DNA of 64,000 nucleotides from the IMG/VR virus record IMGVR_UViG_3300008107_005910, positions 12,771-76,770 of that record; one strand, 5' to 3'. The notes under the pieces are model-generated. The model did not search any database. It worked only from the letters and a program-made list of their open reading frames with translations, and was not told the origin of the DNA. Made by a program: the position numbers and the translations under genes. This DNA comes from a virus. Below, one piece after another: positions 1-9,491 of the stretch; the first letter of the stretch is position 1, and each line of letters starts with the position of its first letter.

Positions 1-121
1 CCATGTTAAATTTATGTACAATTACATTATGTATTTCGTGTACTCTGTCTTCAATTACCATATATTTTTGAATTTTCTTTTTGGGAGCAAAGCCCAAATA
101 TCCTTCATAGTAATTATCCAC
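1..121 (-). CDS. partial hypothetical phage protein running off the left edge
   Basis: Hand translation from a GTG overlapping the upstream TAG gives MDNYYEGYLGFAPKKKIQKYMVIEDRVHEIHNVIVHKFNM..., open to position 1. Confidence 0.55.
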   Translation of the reverse strand, partial: MDNYYEGYLGFAPKKKIQKYMVIEDRVHEIHNVIVHKFNM

Positions 122-309
122 TATTGACCCCATGTCATTAAAAAGAAAAAATGATCTCTTTCATTTTCAAAGTAAATGGTTTGTCCGCCGATTGTTCCTT
201 TTATAAACCAACGTCCTTCACCAATTTTTTCATCGAGCCATTTTATAACATGTTCTGGTATAGAATAGTTTTCTACCTGTACTCCATGATATTCTTTATC
301 TGCTATCAT
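121..309 (-). CDS. small phage protein of the 'F-x-L-x-W' C-terminal family
   Basis: ORF ending FENERDHFFFLMTWG; tightly packed with neighbours. Confidence 0.7.
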   Translation of the reverse strand: MIADKEYHGVQVENYSIPEHVIKWLDEKIGEGRWFIKGTIGGQTIYFENERDHFFFLMTWGQ

Positions 310-312
310 TTA

Positions 313-639
313 TTAATAACCATGTCCTAGAATTTCATCGTCTGCTCGTATTATCTCAAATATGTCAGCATACTGTACAATTGGTTCCATATGAAACCCT
401 GTGCCCCAAACAGCCCAAACTTTTCTTTTATAAATTTTTCGCCACCAAGCATAATTTCCGGTAACCGTTTTAACAGGAATCCAAGCAAATATTTCATGCC
501 ATGGATAACAGTCACAACCATTTGTAATAATACTGGTAATTTTCATAGGACTCCATGTATCTGGGCTAAATTTTTCTACACCGTTAAGACTCATATTCCA
601 ACCTATACTTCTTCCCCACACTATTTTAATCATCGCCAA
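313..639 (-). CDS. hypothetical phage protein (FAWxPVK motif); true start may be downstream
   Basis: IFAWIPVKTVTGNYAWW resembles FAWLPTKMTSGKTIWL in 5712-5957. Confidence 0.6.
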   Translation of the reverse strand: MAMIKIVWGRSIGWNMSLNGVEKFSPDTWSPMKITSIITNGCDCYPWHEIFAWIPVKTVTGNYAWWRKIYKRKVWAVWGTGFHMEPIVQYADIFEIIRADDEILGHGY

Positions 640-896
640 TACTTTATTTGAAATAGTAAGAATTTTTTACTATCTGTTACTGTATAGTTGGCAGTATAAT
701 TGCCATCTGTATCAGTCTCCATGAGAAATCCATACTTTTTCTCTGCCCAATGATGTATGCTAAGTCTTACAGTTAAGTCATGTATACCCTTAAATTCTTC
801 CATATATTCTGGACGCATGGCATGTATTGACTGCCAATATTGATTTCGTTTATCAATAAATGATTGATTTAAATACTCTTCATTAGTCATGACCAT
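630..896 (-). CDS. small phage protein, F-x-L-[RK]-[WY]-like family
   Basis: Ends DSKKFLLFQIKYWR; overlaps neighbours in operon fashion. Confidence 0.65.
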   Translation of the reverse strand: MVMTNEEYLNQSFIDKRNQYWQSIHAMRPEYMEEFKGIHDLTVRLSIHHWAEKKYGFLMETDTDGNYTANYTVTDSKKFLLFQIKYWR

Positions 897-1147
897 CTTA
901 GTGCAAATAGCACTGCATCTTGTGATTTTTCAAACAGCCAAATATGTTCGTGAGCTCTATAATGTCCTGTTAAATTTTGTTCACGCCATTTGTGTAGTTC
1001 TACACCAGATACAGGTAAAAACTTATTTGGTAGTTCAATTCTTGTCCATCCTATCTCGACTAATAGATCAAATAAAATTTCTCTATCAATCTCTTCTTTT
1101 ATTTGTCTACCTAAATCTTCAGCAATAGTATCTTCTATGTAATCCAT
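887..1147 (-). CDS. small phage protein, F-x-L-R-W family
   Basis: Ends WLFEKSQDAVLFALRWS. Confidence 0.7.
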   Translation of the reverse strand: MDYIEDTIAEDLGRQIKEEIDREILFDLLVEIGWTRIELPNKFLPVSGVELHKWREQNLTGHYRAHEHIWLFEKSQDAVLFALRWS

Positions 1148-1148
1148 A

Positions 1149-1484
1149 TCATCTCCAACGCATTAGGAACCAAGTTCTATCTTTATCATTACGAAACCAA
1201 AAACGTCGATTGTTTTTATACCAACGCTGATCTGGCTCTGGAGCTGTTTTTTCCTCCCACATAGGAGAACCAGCTGACCCAAACGTATCTAAACACCATT
1301 GTTCCATTTCTTTCCAATTACCACCAATAGGTTCTACGCAGTAATATCTACTACCGTAGACTTTGCCTTCACTAAGTATTAACTCTTCTATTGGACGGTT
1401 ACACAAATCATCCATTAGCCGTTTGATAGCTTGATTAGTCCAATAACTTTTCCCTGCACCCCGTCCTGATAATATAACTTTCAT
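1149..1484 (-). CDS. small phage protein, F-x-L-R-W family
   Basis: MEQWCLDTFG...FWFRNDKDRTWFLMRWR. Confidence 0.7.
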   Translation of the reverse strand: MKVILSGRGAGKSYWTNQAIKRLMDDLCNRPIEELILSEGKVYGSRYYCVEPIGGNWKEMEQWCLDTFGSAGSPMWEEKTAPEPDQRWYKNNRRFWFRNDKDRTWFLMRWR

Positions 1485-1750
1485 TAACAGTCCTCATTGT
1501 CCAATGTATCATACAGTTTAGTATGGTATTTGAGCAAAAACATAGTTTTAAATTTTTCGTCGTAGAAATCTAAATGTATAAGAGTTTTGTACCTAACCAT
1601 TCCAGGTTCCCATGCAGTATGTTCTCTTGTGGTAAATCCTAATTTTCTACGCATTTTTTCTCTTATCATATAGATACTAGGTGGATGATCTCTTTTAATA
1701 TTTTCTAAGATTTCATTCCATTCTTTTTTAGTATAGATAAGGGGTTTCAT
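1484..1750 (-). CDS. small phage protein, F-x-L-K-Y family (start re-assigned to MKPLIYT at 1750)
   Basis: HLDFYDEKFKTMFLLKY; sigma70-like promoter immediately upstream of ATG 1750. Confidence 0.7.
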   Translation of the reverse strand: MKPLIYTKKEWNEILENIKRDHPPSIYMIREKMRRKLGFTTREHTAWEPGMVRYKTLIHLDFYDEKFKTMFLLKYHTKLYDTLDNEDC

Positions 1751-1755
1751 ACTAT

Positions 1756-1784
1756 ATTGTAGCAAAAACAAAAAGTTAAATCAA
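1756..1784 (-). promoter_or_regulatory. sigma70-like promoter TTGATT-17-TACAAT with extended -10 (TGn)
   Basis: Read on the minus strand; -10 lies 5 nt before ATG 1750. Confidence 0.55.
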
Positions 1785-2068
1785 GAACTCCAACGCAATA
1801 AAAATAATGTGATTTGTTCAGGATTTACAAAGCGAAACATATCCCAACTTGTTCGTACTCCGCAATTATTGGCATTGCACCAATTTTGTATTTCAGTGAT
1901 GACTTCATCTTTATAAGTTCCTCCGTCAACGATTCGCAATGTCAACGGTTTAACTTTTTCAAATTTCAAGTCCGTTGTCTTTGGCATATTGTGTAGCACG
2001 TTCTTCTTCATGTTTGTCACACAAAGTACGTATCCATCCTCTGCCTTGTCGAGTTCCAGGAGAGCCAC
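1781..2068 (-). CDS. small phage protein, F-x-L-R-W family (true start probably near 1969-1987)
   Basis: IQNWCNANNCGVRTSWDMFRFVNPEQITLFLLRWSS. Confidence 0.65.
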   Translation of the reverse strand: MALLELDKAEDGYVLCVTNMKKNVLHNMPKTTDLKFEKVKPLTLRIVDGGTYKDEVITEIQNWCNANNCGVRTSWDMFRFVNPEQITLFLLRWSS

Positions 2069-2390
2069 AACTTTCGCAAGTTACACCACTCATAGATTCT
2101 GCCATTGCAATTAGACCATGAATATAATCGTCACCGCCAGAGATATAAAAACGAAGTGTTCCAAACTTTTCTTTAACTTGTTTGACTACGACTTGTGTGA
2201 TAACTTCTTCGTTTTTATTTTTCCAATCAATATGACTTTGAATATTAGCACATAAATTATCAATTATATTAAACCAACCATCCCCACAGGTGAAACCCCA
2301 ACACATTGCAGTTTGAGACATTGGCAAGTCTCTTTCAAAAAACAGCTTTGGATACTTTTTACACAATAGTTCATCAAGCTCTTTTTTCAT
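1959..2390 (-). CDS. conserved phage protein (QVKEKFGTLRFY motif, C-terminal CxxC...CxxH)
   Basis: CGDGWF, VKEKFGTLRFY, TCESCG...LCDKH. Confidence 0.75.
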   Translation of the reverse strand: MKKELDELLCKKYPKLFFERDLPMSQTAMCWGFTCGDGWFNIIDNLCANIQSHIDWKNKNEEVITQVVVKQVKEKFGTLRFYISGGDDYIHGLIAMAESMSGVTCESCGSPGTRQGRGWIRTLCDKHEEERATQYAKDNGLEI

Positions 2391-2982
2391 GTTTCTTTTT
2401 TCCGTAATATCTTTTTGGTTTTTCAGATAATGTATTCACTCTATACATTTCTTTGTTCTGCCGTATGGATCTTTCAATTGCGGCATTAACTTCTTCTGGG
2501 GTTGGGTCGTAAATGTCTAATACTTCAGTAATCTCTGTTTTAGTTTCTTCAATGTCTACTATTGTATTTTCTGGTAAAAATTGAACTTTTTCAATTTGAG
2601 ATTCTGGTGGAATTTTTATACCAACTTTTCCTAAAAACTTTTTAGTTGCAATTTCTTGTCTAATTGATCTGTATGCACCAATAGGTCCTTTAGGATCTTG
2701 GCTTATCTGTTCCCATGTTCTAACTTCTAATAGAGGTTCAATTTCTGTTGGTATCTCAATAATATAAAATTCTATATCTTTGCTATATCCAGCGTGAGCC
2801 AAATCAAAAATATCAATTACCTTACCTTTAGACAATCTATCACCACCAAGATGTATCCACGCATCTTCATTTAATTCATATTGTTTTTTTATTTTCATAT
2901 CTCTCAGCACTATATTGCTAGTGCTATTAATCCTATATATGTTAAGTAGTGCATCAACTGATCTATTCCTAACCAAAACCAA
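2374..2982 (-). CDS. hypothetical protein (true start probably MKIKKQY near 2898)
   Basis: Long ORF; the annotated N-terminus overlaps the upstream gene. Confidence 0.6.
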   Translation of the reverse strand: MVLVRNRSVDALLNIYRINSTSNIVLRDMKIKKQYELNEDAWIHLGGDRLSKGKVIDIFDLAHAGYSKDIEFYIIEIPTEIEPLLEVRTWEQISQDPKGPIGAYRSIRQEIATKKFLGKVGIKIPPESQIEKVQFLPENTIVDIEETKTEITEVLDIYDPTPEEVNAAIERSIRQNKEMYRVNTLSEKPKRYYGKKKHEKRA

Positions 2983-3278
2983 AATGGTTCATCAGATGGT
3001 GTTAGGTTTCTGTTCTTGTTGATGTTCATTTTGGCCCAATCAATGTGATAGTGGACCACCCCGTCAATAAATGCCATCAATAACACTGATATAACGTCAG
3101 TAAAGACGGCATAAAAAACTAGACCAGTTAAAACAGCATGAACAAGAGAATGATATATACCCCACTTGGCTCCATAATTCCCTTTTTCCATTACCATGTT
3201 ATTGGTCTGAAAAACAAAATCAGCTAGAAAATGTTTTAATACTAGAAGAGTAAAAAGAGTTAGAATTGTAGATTCCAT
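2910..3278 (-). CDS. DUF3307-like membrane protein
   Basis: KHFLADFVFQ, HSLVH, HYHIDWAK, DQLMHY motifs with transmembrane segments. Confidence 0.8.
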   Translation of the reverse strand: MESTILTLFTLLVLKHFLADFVFQTNNMVMEKGNYGAKWGIYHSLVHAVLTGLVFYAVFTDVISVLLMAFIDGVVHYHIDWAKMNINKNRNLTPSDEPFWFWLGIDQLMHYLTYIGLIALAI

Positions 3279-3301
3279 AGAAGCCCCTGGGTTATGCCGT
3301 A

Positions 3302-3330
3302 ATTTTACAACAATGTCAAGTCAAAGTCAA
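3302..3330 (-). promoter_or_regulatory. sigma70-like promoter TTGACT-17-TAAAAT
   Basis: Read directly, upstream of the DUF3307-like gene. Confidence 0.55.
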
Positions 3331-3722
3331 CCTGGAAGCTCACCAGATTTTGCCAATTTAAGCATTAAGCTATAATGCTCGTAGGCTTTTTTGACTGCGG
3401 GGTATTTTTCCTTAAGATACTGCTCTTCTTCTTTTTGTTGCATCAAAGTTTCAAACATATTGTAATGACCCTTCTCTGCCATATTATTAAACACCTGCTG
3501 TTCAAATTTAGCAATTCTGTCTAATTCACTTTCAGCAATTTCCACTGTGTATAATGGTTCAGTTTCAAAAGTCATCCTATCAGATAGAAATTTATTGTAA
3601 TCATTTGAAAAAGCAAACATTTCTATATTTGCTTTACTTAAACGATGAGCACGTTTATTGGTGTCAATAACTTTAACACCGTGCCTACCAATAAAATCCC
3701 TTACTTCTTTACTTGGATTCAT
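3327..3722 (-). CDS. hypothetical phage protein (start MNPSKEV)
   Basis: C-terminal YPAVKKAYEHYSLMLKL resembles the C-terminus of 3709-4179. Confidence 0.7.
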   Translation of the reverse strand: MNPSKEVRDFIGRHGVKVIDTNKRAHRLSKANIEMFAFSNDYNKFLSDRMTFETEPLYTVEIAESELDRIAKFEQQVFNNMAEKGHYNMFETLMQQKEEEQYLKEKYPAVKKAYEHYSLMLKLAKSGELPG

Positions 3723-4179
3723 CTTCGTCTTTTCTTTCTTCACACAATGCTTCTAACATCTTATAATGCTTGTATGCTTTTTGTAATGCTTCATATTGTT
3801 CTAATTTTTTAGGATCTGGAACAAGTATTGCTAATCTACGTTCTAATGTTTCCATCCACTCACTTAAATCTTTGCCTTTAACTTTGATGTTGCCTTTAAA
3901 TTCAGCATCACCTTCAACGCTAATACCTGGATTGGTTGTTGTAGTAATATATGGAGTTGTGCTCCAAGTACCGTTAGAAATAGTGTAACTAGAACCTGAT
4001 GTTGTACTTACTGGTAGTGAATATGTGTTGTAAGTTGAATTATAAGTTGACATGTCAATTGTACCAATTGAATCCCAACCTGTATTTAATGTTATTGTAT
4101 CAACACTAGATCCGCCACTAATATGATCACTGCCTAAATCAATTGTTATATCTTTTATATCAAGATCTTTATCATCCAT
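3709..4179 (-). CDS. hypothetical phage protein with Ser/Thr-rich linker
   Basis: LERRLAILVPDPKKLEQYEALQKAYKHYKMLEAL. Confidence 0.7.
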   Translation of the reverse strand: MDDKDLDIKDITIDLGSDHISGGSSVDTITLNTGWDSIGTIDMSTYNSTYNTYSLPVSTTSGSSYTISNGTWSTTPYITTTTNPGISVEGDAEFKGNIKVKGKDLSEWMETLERRLAILVPDPKKLEQYEALQKAYKHYKMLEALCEERKDEDESK

Positions 4180-4414
4180 TTAACACCTCATTGTTGGTTA
4201 GATACTGTTTTAATTCAGTAAAGCCGCCAATGAGTTTTTCGTCTAAGAAGATTTGTGGAACCGAACGTGCTGTTGGAACTGATTCTAGTAAATCTTCCTT
4301 GGTGTAGCCATCACCAATTTTCTTTTCTGTGTATTCAATACCTTTTGATTTCAATAACGCCTTTGCTTGGTCGCAGTAAGGACAGTTATATTTGCTCCAA
4401 ACGATTGCTTTCAT
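4172..4414 (-). CDS. grx: glutaredoxin
   Basis: CPYC active site, SVPQIF, IGGF; adjacent to RNR genes. Confidence 0.95.
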   Translation of the reverse strand: MKAIVWSKYNCPYCDQAKALLKSKGIEYTEKKIGDGYTKEDLLESVPTARSVPQIFLDEKLIGGFTELKQYLTNNEVLNG

Positions 4415-4416
4415 TT

Positions 4417-4602
4417 TTATACCTTTATCTCTCTCGGTGTACCCACTACAGCACCTTTGCCATACTGAGCTTGCAATAATTTTTTAGCCATAGCTGAAGT
4501 GGTAGATTGTGTGATAGTTTTTATTTGTAACACACTACCGTTATCCTGTTTGACTCTTATTATTGCTTCAAACGATTTGATAATATCAGAGGCTCGTACC
4601 AT
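4417..4602 (-). CDS. hypothetical protein
   Basis: Fills the operon gap; AKKLLQAQYG; SD-like AAGGA upstream. Confidence 0.65.
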   Translation of the reverse strand: MVRASDIIKSFEAIIRVKQDNGSVLQIKTITQSTTSAMAKKLLQAQYGKGAVVGTPREIKV

Positions 4603-4614
4603 TTGTTTTCCTTA

Positions 4615-5715
4615 TTATAACGCAGGCAATGCGTTATAGTCAATGCCTTCACTCATAACACCAATTACATAATTGGTACTTTCACTTTCCTGTAAGGCAG
4701 TTTGTTTCTTGCTAGTGTCACTATGTTTGTTAAACCAAGGAATAGGAGTACTCTTTGGTGATGTATTCCAGTATTTAATGCCAATCTGTTTTAAAGCATC
4801 AGATGCTGTATAATCAACAAAGTCTTTTAAGATGTTAGCATTAAGACCAATCACAGGGCCCTTTTGGAAAAGGTAATCTGCCCAGGCTTTTTCTTCACGA
4901 ATAACATCTCTATAAATCTGCAAAACTTGCTCTTGACATTCTTGTGCAATTTTGGAAAAACGCGGATCTTCTTTAACAACTTGATTAATCAAATAAGCAG
5001 TCCAACCTTTGTGTAATAGTTCGTCTTGCAGAATCAAGCTAATGATGTTTCCGTTACCAATAAAAATCTTATTCTCTACCATAGCAAGACTAGTAGCAAA
5101 TGAAACCATAAAGCGGAATGCTTCTAATGCGTAACTCGCATGTAAAGCGAGCCAAATGGCCTTGATATGAACCTCTTCAGGTACCACTTCGCCAAGCTCT
5201 TTCCTGCTGTTGATGATATGCAACTCATCGTAATAACGTCCAATACTTGATGCCATATCGACAATTTCTTTAGTGTCATGGATTGTGTTGAATACTTCTT
5301 TGGGTACATTATATATGTTCCTAATGATGTGACTGTAACTACGACTATGAATGTTAGTTTCAAAAAATGTCCAGTTATAAACCAATGCTTCTAATTCTGG
5401 GAGAGAGACTACAGGGGCAAATACTTGGCTTGGTCCTCGACCTTGCAAACTATCTAGTGCTGTTTGACGCAAAAGGTTTGAAGTGAAGATATGCTTAACT
5501 GCTTCACTAGCATCTTTAAAATCGTTAGCATCTTTACTCAATGTAATTTCTTCCGGGACCCAAAAGAACCCACGTGCTGTTGTTTCAAAGTCTGCAATCT
5601 TTTTATACTTTACTTCTTCAAAACGCTGAATAGTAACTGGACCTGCTGGGTCTAGAAACATCTTGCGGTTTAGGTAGTCTGTCTTTGTGTTTAAGTTATA
5701 TTGTTGTTTACTCAT
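4615..5715 (-). CDS. nrdB: ribonucleotide reductase class Ia beta subunit
   Basis: FFWVPEE, LDSLQGRGP, ETNIHSRSY (Tyr radical), LEAFRFMVSF, DELLH, C-terminal QESESTNY. Confidence 0.96.
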   Translation of the reverse strand: MSKQQYNLNTKTDYLNRKMFLDPAGPVTIQRFEEVKYKKIADFETTARGFFWVPEEITLSKDANDFKDASEAVKHIFTSNLLRQTALDSLQGRGPSQVFAPVVSLPELEALVYNWTFFETNIHSRSYSHIIRNIYNVPKEVFNTIHDTKEIVDMASSIGRYYDELHIINSRKELGEVVPEEVHIKAIWLALHASYALEAFRFMVSFATSLAMVENKIFIGNGNIISLILQDELLHKGWTAYLINQVVKEDPRFSKIAQECQEQVLQIYRDVIREEKAWADYLFQKGPVIGLNANILKDFVDYTASDALKQIGIKYWNTSPKSTPIPWFNKHSDTSKKQTALQESESTNYVIGVMSEGIDYNALPAL

Positions 5716-5957
5716 TGTTTATCCTGTTTTGTTAGTGTTGGATCATTCCAAATATTTCTATTATATACAACTGACTCTTTTAAAAGTCTCCAAGTTTTTT
5801 CTTGCGGTGTTTCAGTCCATTCAAAAAATAAACTATTCATTGGCGGTCTACCAGTTGACTCGTCATATAAATTACGATGAAGGATATATGACTTTAGCCA
5901 TATTGTTTTCCCACTGGTCATTTTAGTAGGTAACCAAGCAAACTTAATATTTTCCAC
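5712..5957 (-). CDS. hypothetical protein (FAWLP motif)
   Basis: Overlap-coupled within the nrd operon. Confidence 0.65.
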   Translation of the reverse strand: MENIKFAWLPTKMTSGKTIWLKSYILHRNLYDESTGRPPMNSLFFEWTETPQEKTWRLLKESVVYNRNIWNDPTLTKQDKQ

Positions 5958-6567
5958 TAGCTAATACTATTTTACAAATATGCTCTAATCTTTCAATATG
6001 CTCGTAAGCACGCCATGGACTAGTATCAATTGCTACAACACCGTGACCTTTAATTCCTACGATATCATAGTCAATGTTGCCGTAGTGGTCTAACTTTAGA
6101 TTTTCGTGGCAACGATCTGCAAGCTCTTGACTGATAGGGGGAACATCGCCTACATTTGGCGCAACCTTAGTATAACGACTTAGTTCTGGAAAACTATCAA
6201 CAATGGTGCTCAAGTCAATGCCGGCGTGCATGGCAGCAACACAATATGTAGGATGCACATGTACAACAACCCTAACATCATTGCTGTGCTGACCCATGTT
6301 TTTTTGTAGGCCAAAGTGTAAAGGAATCTCGCCACTTGGTTTTAATGCACTACTGATTTCAGTATAAGGTTCGTCACGCCACATCAAACTACTAACAATC
6401 TTAATCTTCTTAAATTGATCAGGTTGTAGTGTTTGTTTACGTACACCGCTAGGTGTAATATAAAAGTGATCACGGTCGTGATGGCGGATACTGACATTAC
6501 CATCACGACTAGTAATCCAGTTACGCTTGTAAGCGTCTACCATAATATCACATATCGTCTCTAGCAT
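5944..6567 (-). CDS. class II aldolase/adducin family protein
   Basis: GNVSIR, YITPSG, PSGEIPLH, HVHPTY, GHGVVA metal-binding motifs. Confidence 0.9.
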   Translation of the reverse strand: MLETICDIMVDAYKRNWITSRDGNVSIRHHDRDHFYITPSGVRKQTLQPDQFKKIKIVSSLMWRDEPYTEISSALKPSGEIPLHFGLQKNMGQHSNDVRVVVHVHPTYCVAAMHAGIDLSTIVDSFPELSRYTKVAPNVGDVPPISQELADRCHENLKLDHYGNIDYDIVGIKGHGVVAIDTSPWRAYEHIERLEHICKIVLASGKY

Positions 6568-7099
6568 TTATATGATCCCAATTAATTATTTTCCATTGAT
6601 TTTCTAAATATTTCTTTTTATCTGCTTGGTAATCCAATGCCCAGGCATGTTCCCACCAGTCTATTAATAATACAATATCTTTTTTGATTTCATGATTTTT
6701 AATAGTTTTTATTTTGCCACTTTTACTAAGATAGACCCAACCACTGCCTTGTATACTCATTGCTTCTTTTAAAAATTCATCTTTAAAATCATTAAAAGAT
6801 TTAAAATGTTTGTTAATAAATTCTTCTATTTTACCAGTTGGAACATTTTTATTATTTGGTGATTGATATTGTTGAAACAATATATTGTGCAAAAATACAC
6901 CAGCTTCATTAAAAAATGCATCGCCTTCTCTTTTATTATATCTTTCAGCGTAGGTCTTTGCTAATTTTTCATAATGATAATTTAACGTGTCTTCTGATAT
7001 ACAAGGATTTAGATCTTGTTTTTTATAAGGTAAAGGTTTAATAGATAGTTTATCACTCCTACCTTCTGTTATGAATCCTTTTATGAAGTCATAACTCAT
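6548..7099 (-). CDS. sod: Fe/Mn superoxide dismutase
   Basis: LPY..DLNP, NYHY, FLHN, QGSGW, DWWEHAW. Confidence 0.88.
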   Translation of the reverse strand: MSYDFIKGFITEGRSDKLSIKPLPYKKQDLNPCISEDTLNYHYEKLAKTYAERYNKREGDAFFNEAGVFLHNILFQQYQSPNNKNVPTGKIEEFINKHFKSFNDFKDEFLKEAMSIQGSGWVYLSKSGKIKTIKNHEIKKDIVLLIDWWEHAWALDYQADKKKYLENQWKIINWDHINARDDM

Positions 7100-9426
7100 A
7101 GTTTACATGCCTCACAATCTTCGTCTAATTCTTCTTGATGATAGCCGTTAACATAAGTCCCTAGTGCAGGTGCTACTTCTTCTTGCACTTTACTTCCTGC
7201 TTTATTAATTAGACTGTAGTAGAATGTTTTCAATCCCCACATGTGTGCCTGCATTAAATTCTTAGCAATCAATGTAGTTGGAACTTTTCTATCTGGAAAG
7301 TGTGCAGGATTGTAGAATGTATTTGTACTAATACTTTGATCTACATAGGCTGCTAATACTGACGCAGTCTTTAGATAACCGTCACAGTCTTTCTGTTCCC
7401 ACATTAACTGATACTTATTTTTTAATTTTTGATATTCAGGAACAACTTGTGTAAATGAGCCTGCTTTACTTTCTTTAGTTGAGATCAAGCTCATAGGCAT
7501 TTCTATTCCATTAGTACTATTAATAACAACACTACTAGACTCAACTGGAGCAATAGCCATAAGAGTAGCATTTCGTACACCATGTTCTTTCATCTCCTTA
7601 CGTAAGGTTTCCCAGTCAAGCTCAGGAGTAAAGTCTGCCAGTTCATTAACACCTTTAGAACGTGACTCCCATGGGAAAATGCCTTGGCCGTATCGGGTAT
7701 GTGAGCTATGCTGACAAGCACCTCTTTCTTTGGCCAATTCAACAGTTGCTTCTGTTAGATAGAACGCTTGATGTTCCATCCAACTCTTAACTTCTTGTAG
7801 TGCATCTTTCTCACCGTACTTGTGTCCACGTTTAGCATGCCAATAGGCAAGATTAGTAACACCAATACCTAGAGGTTGGATTTCATCATTACTGAGTTTA
7901 GATTGTATTGATAAAAAGTCTTGGTAGTCCAATATATTGCAAAGGCTACGCTGAAGAATACGGCAAGCGCGACGCATGTCTTCCGGATTACGGAAAGCAC
8001 CCCAGTTGATTGATCCCAACGTGCATAAAGCGATACGACCAGAATCGTCATCCAAACGTTTAAAGGGCTTAGTAGGTAGTAAAATTTCACAGCAAAGGTT
8101 ACTCTGATAAATGGTATGATATTCAGGATCGAAAGGACCTTGATTCATCACGTTGTCAATAAACACTAGATAGATACGTCCAGTGTCAGTTCTTTCTTTT
8201 AGTATACCGCTTTTAAATACTTCCTCAGCACTCATAGTCTTCTTACGAAGGCCGGCTTGCTTCTCATATTTGACATATAATTCTTCAAATAACTTAGTAT
8301 CCTTGTAGAAAGCCTCGTACAAATCAGGTACTTCATTAGGATCAAAGAAAGTAATATTTTCTTGATTTTTAAAACGACGCCAAAAGAACGCTGATAATAC
8401 AACTCCGTAGTCCATGTGTCTAACGCGAGTTTCTTCAGTTCCTTGATTGTTCTTAAGGACAATAAGATCGTCAAACTGATGATGCCAAATAGGATAGAAA
8501 ACTGTAGCAGATGCGTTTCTAATACCACCTTGACTGCAACTCCTTAAATCACCAAACCATTTCTTTAAAAATGGAATCATGCCAGTGTGCATGATTTCTC
8601 CACCTCTAATAGGACTACCTAGAGGACGTAAACGACCAATTTCTAAACCTATGCCAGCACGTTTACTAGCATACTTAGCCATCATTTCGCCACTAGCAAA
8701 AATGGAGTCAAGATCATCATCACTGCGAATGAGTACACAACTACTGAACTGCTTAGTGGGAGTGCCAAGCCCAGCAAGAACAGGAGTAGCGAGAGTAAAT
8801 AGACCGTCAGAAGCCGCATTGTAGTATTCCTTTATATAACGCATACGAGCACTATTAGGCTCTTCTTTATGGAACACAGTAGCAGCCGCTACCATGTAAC
8901 GTATTTGTGGGGTCTCATAAATTTCTTTTGTAGCACGATTACGTACTAGATATTTTTCAATTAGTTGTTCAATAGCCGCATAAGAATATTCTTCATCCTT
9001 ATCATGCTCCAACATATCATTCATTTTTTCCCAATCTTCTTCTGTGTACCACTGTAGAAGTTCTGGAGTATATAAACCAATATCTATATTTTTCTTAACT
9101 ATTTCGTAGATGTGTGGGACTTGATAATCACCATACACATCTTTACGTAACATACTTAATCTTTGTTTTCCTGCAACATATTGATAGTTGGTGTGTCCAA
9201 TGTCTGGGTTGTGTTCAATGTCAATTAAATCAACGATAGCCCTTAATGTGATCTCATCTATTTCTTTTGTTGTAATTCCGTTGTAGAAATGCGGCTGTGC
9301 TTTGATTTCAATCATTGACTGACTTACATCTGCTATCCCTGCACATACTTTAGCTACCTGTGCCTGCCACTTCTCTATCAGTAACGGTTCCTTGCTTCCA
9401 TTTCTCTTTGTTACTGTGATGGTCAT
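7096..9426 (-). CDS. nrdA: ribonucleotide reductase class Ia alpha subunit with ATP cone
   Basis: VTKRNG ATP cone, TPTKQFSSC, SQGGIR, SNLCCEI, APVESSS, LKTFYY, C-terminal CEACKL. Confidence 0.97.
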   Translation of the reverse strand: MTITVTKRNGSKEPLLIEKWQAQVAKVCAGIADVSQSMIEIKAQPHFYNGITTKEIDEITLRAIVDLIDIEHNPDIGHTNYQYVAGKQRLSMLRKDVYGDYQVPHIYEIVKKNIDIGLYTPELLQWYTEEDWEKMNDMLEHDKDEEYSYAAIEQLIEKYLVRNRATKEIYETPQIRYMVAAATVFHKEEPNSARMRYIKEYYNAASDGLFTLATPVLAGLGTPTKQFSSCVLIRSDDDLDSIFASGEMMAKYASKRAGIGLEIGRLRPLGSPIRGGEIMHTGMIPFLKKWFGDLRSCSQGGIRNASATVFYPIWHHQFDDLIVLKNNQGTEETRVRHMDYGVVLSAFFWRRFKNQENITFFDPNEVPDLYEAFYKDTKLFEELYVKYEKQAGLRKKTMSAEEVFKSGILKERTDTGRIYLVFIDNVMNQGPFDPEYHTIYQSNLCCEILLPTKPFKRLDDDSGRIALCTLGSINWGAFRNPEDMRRACRILQRSLCNILDYQDFLSIQSKLSNDEIQPLGIGVTNLAYWHAKRGHKYGEKDALQEVKSWMEHQAFYLTEATVELAKERGACQHSSHTRYGQGIFPWESRSKGVNELADFTPELDWETLRKEMKEHGVRNATLMAIAPVESSSVVINSTNGIEMPMSLISTKESKAGSFTQVVPEYQKLKNKYQLMWEQKDCDGYLKTASVLAAYVDQSISTNTFYNPAHFPDRKVPTTLIAKNLMQAHMWGLKTFYYSLINKAGSKVQEEVAPALGTYVNGYHQEELDEDCEACKL

Positions 9427-9491
9427 TCTATCGCCTCTGTCTTTATTAGATTTTTTATTTATGGTAAAGAAATTTCTCTACCAAGCAATTT

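Noticed and set aside
4615-9426. Introns or inteins in nrdA/nrdB, or homing by the HNH gene
   Set aside because: Both subunits are continuous and of normal length, and the HNH gene is free-standing about 40 kb away.
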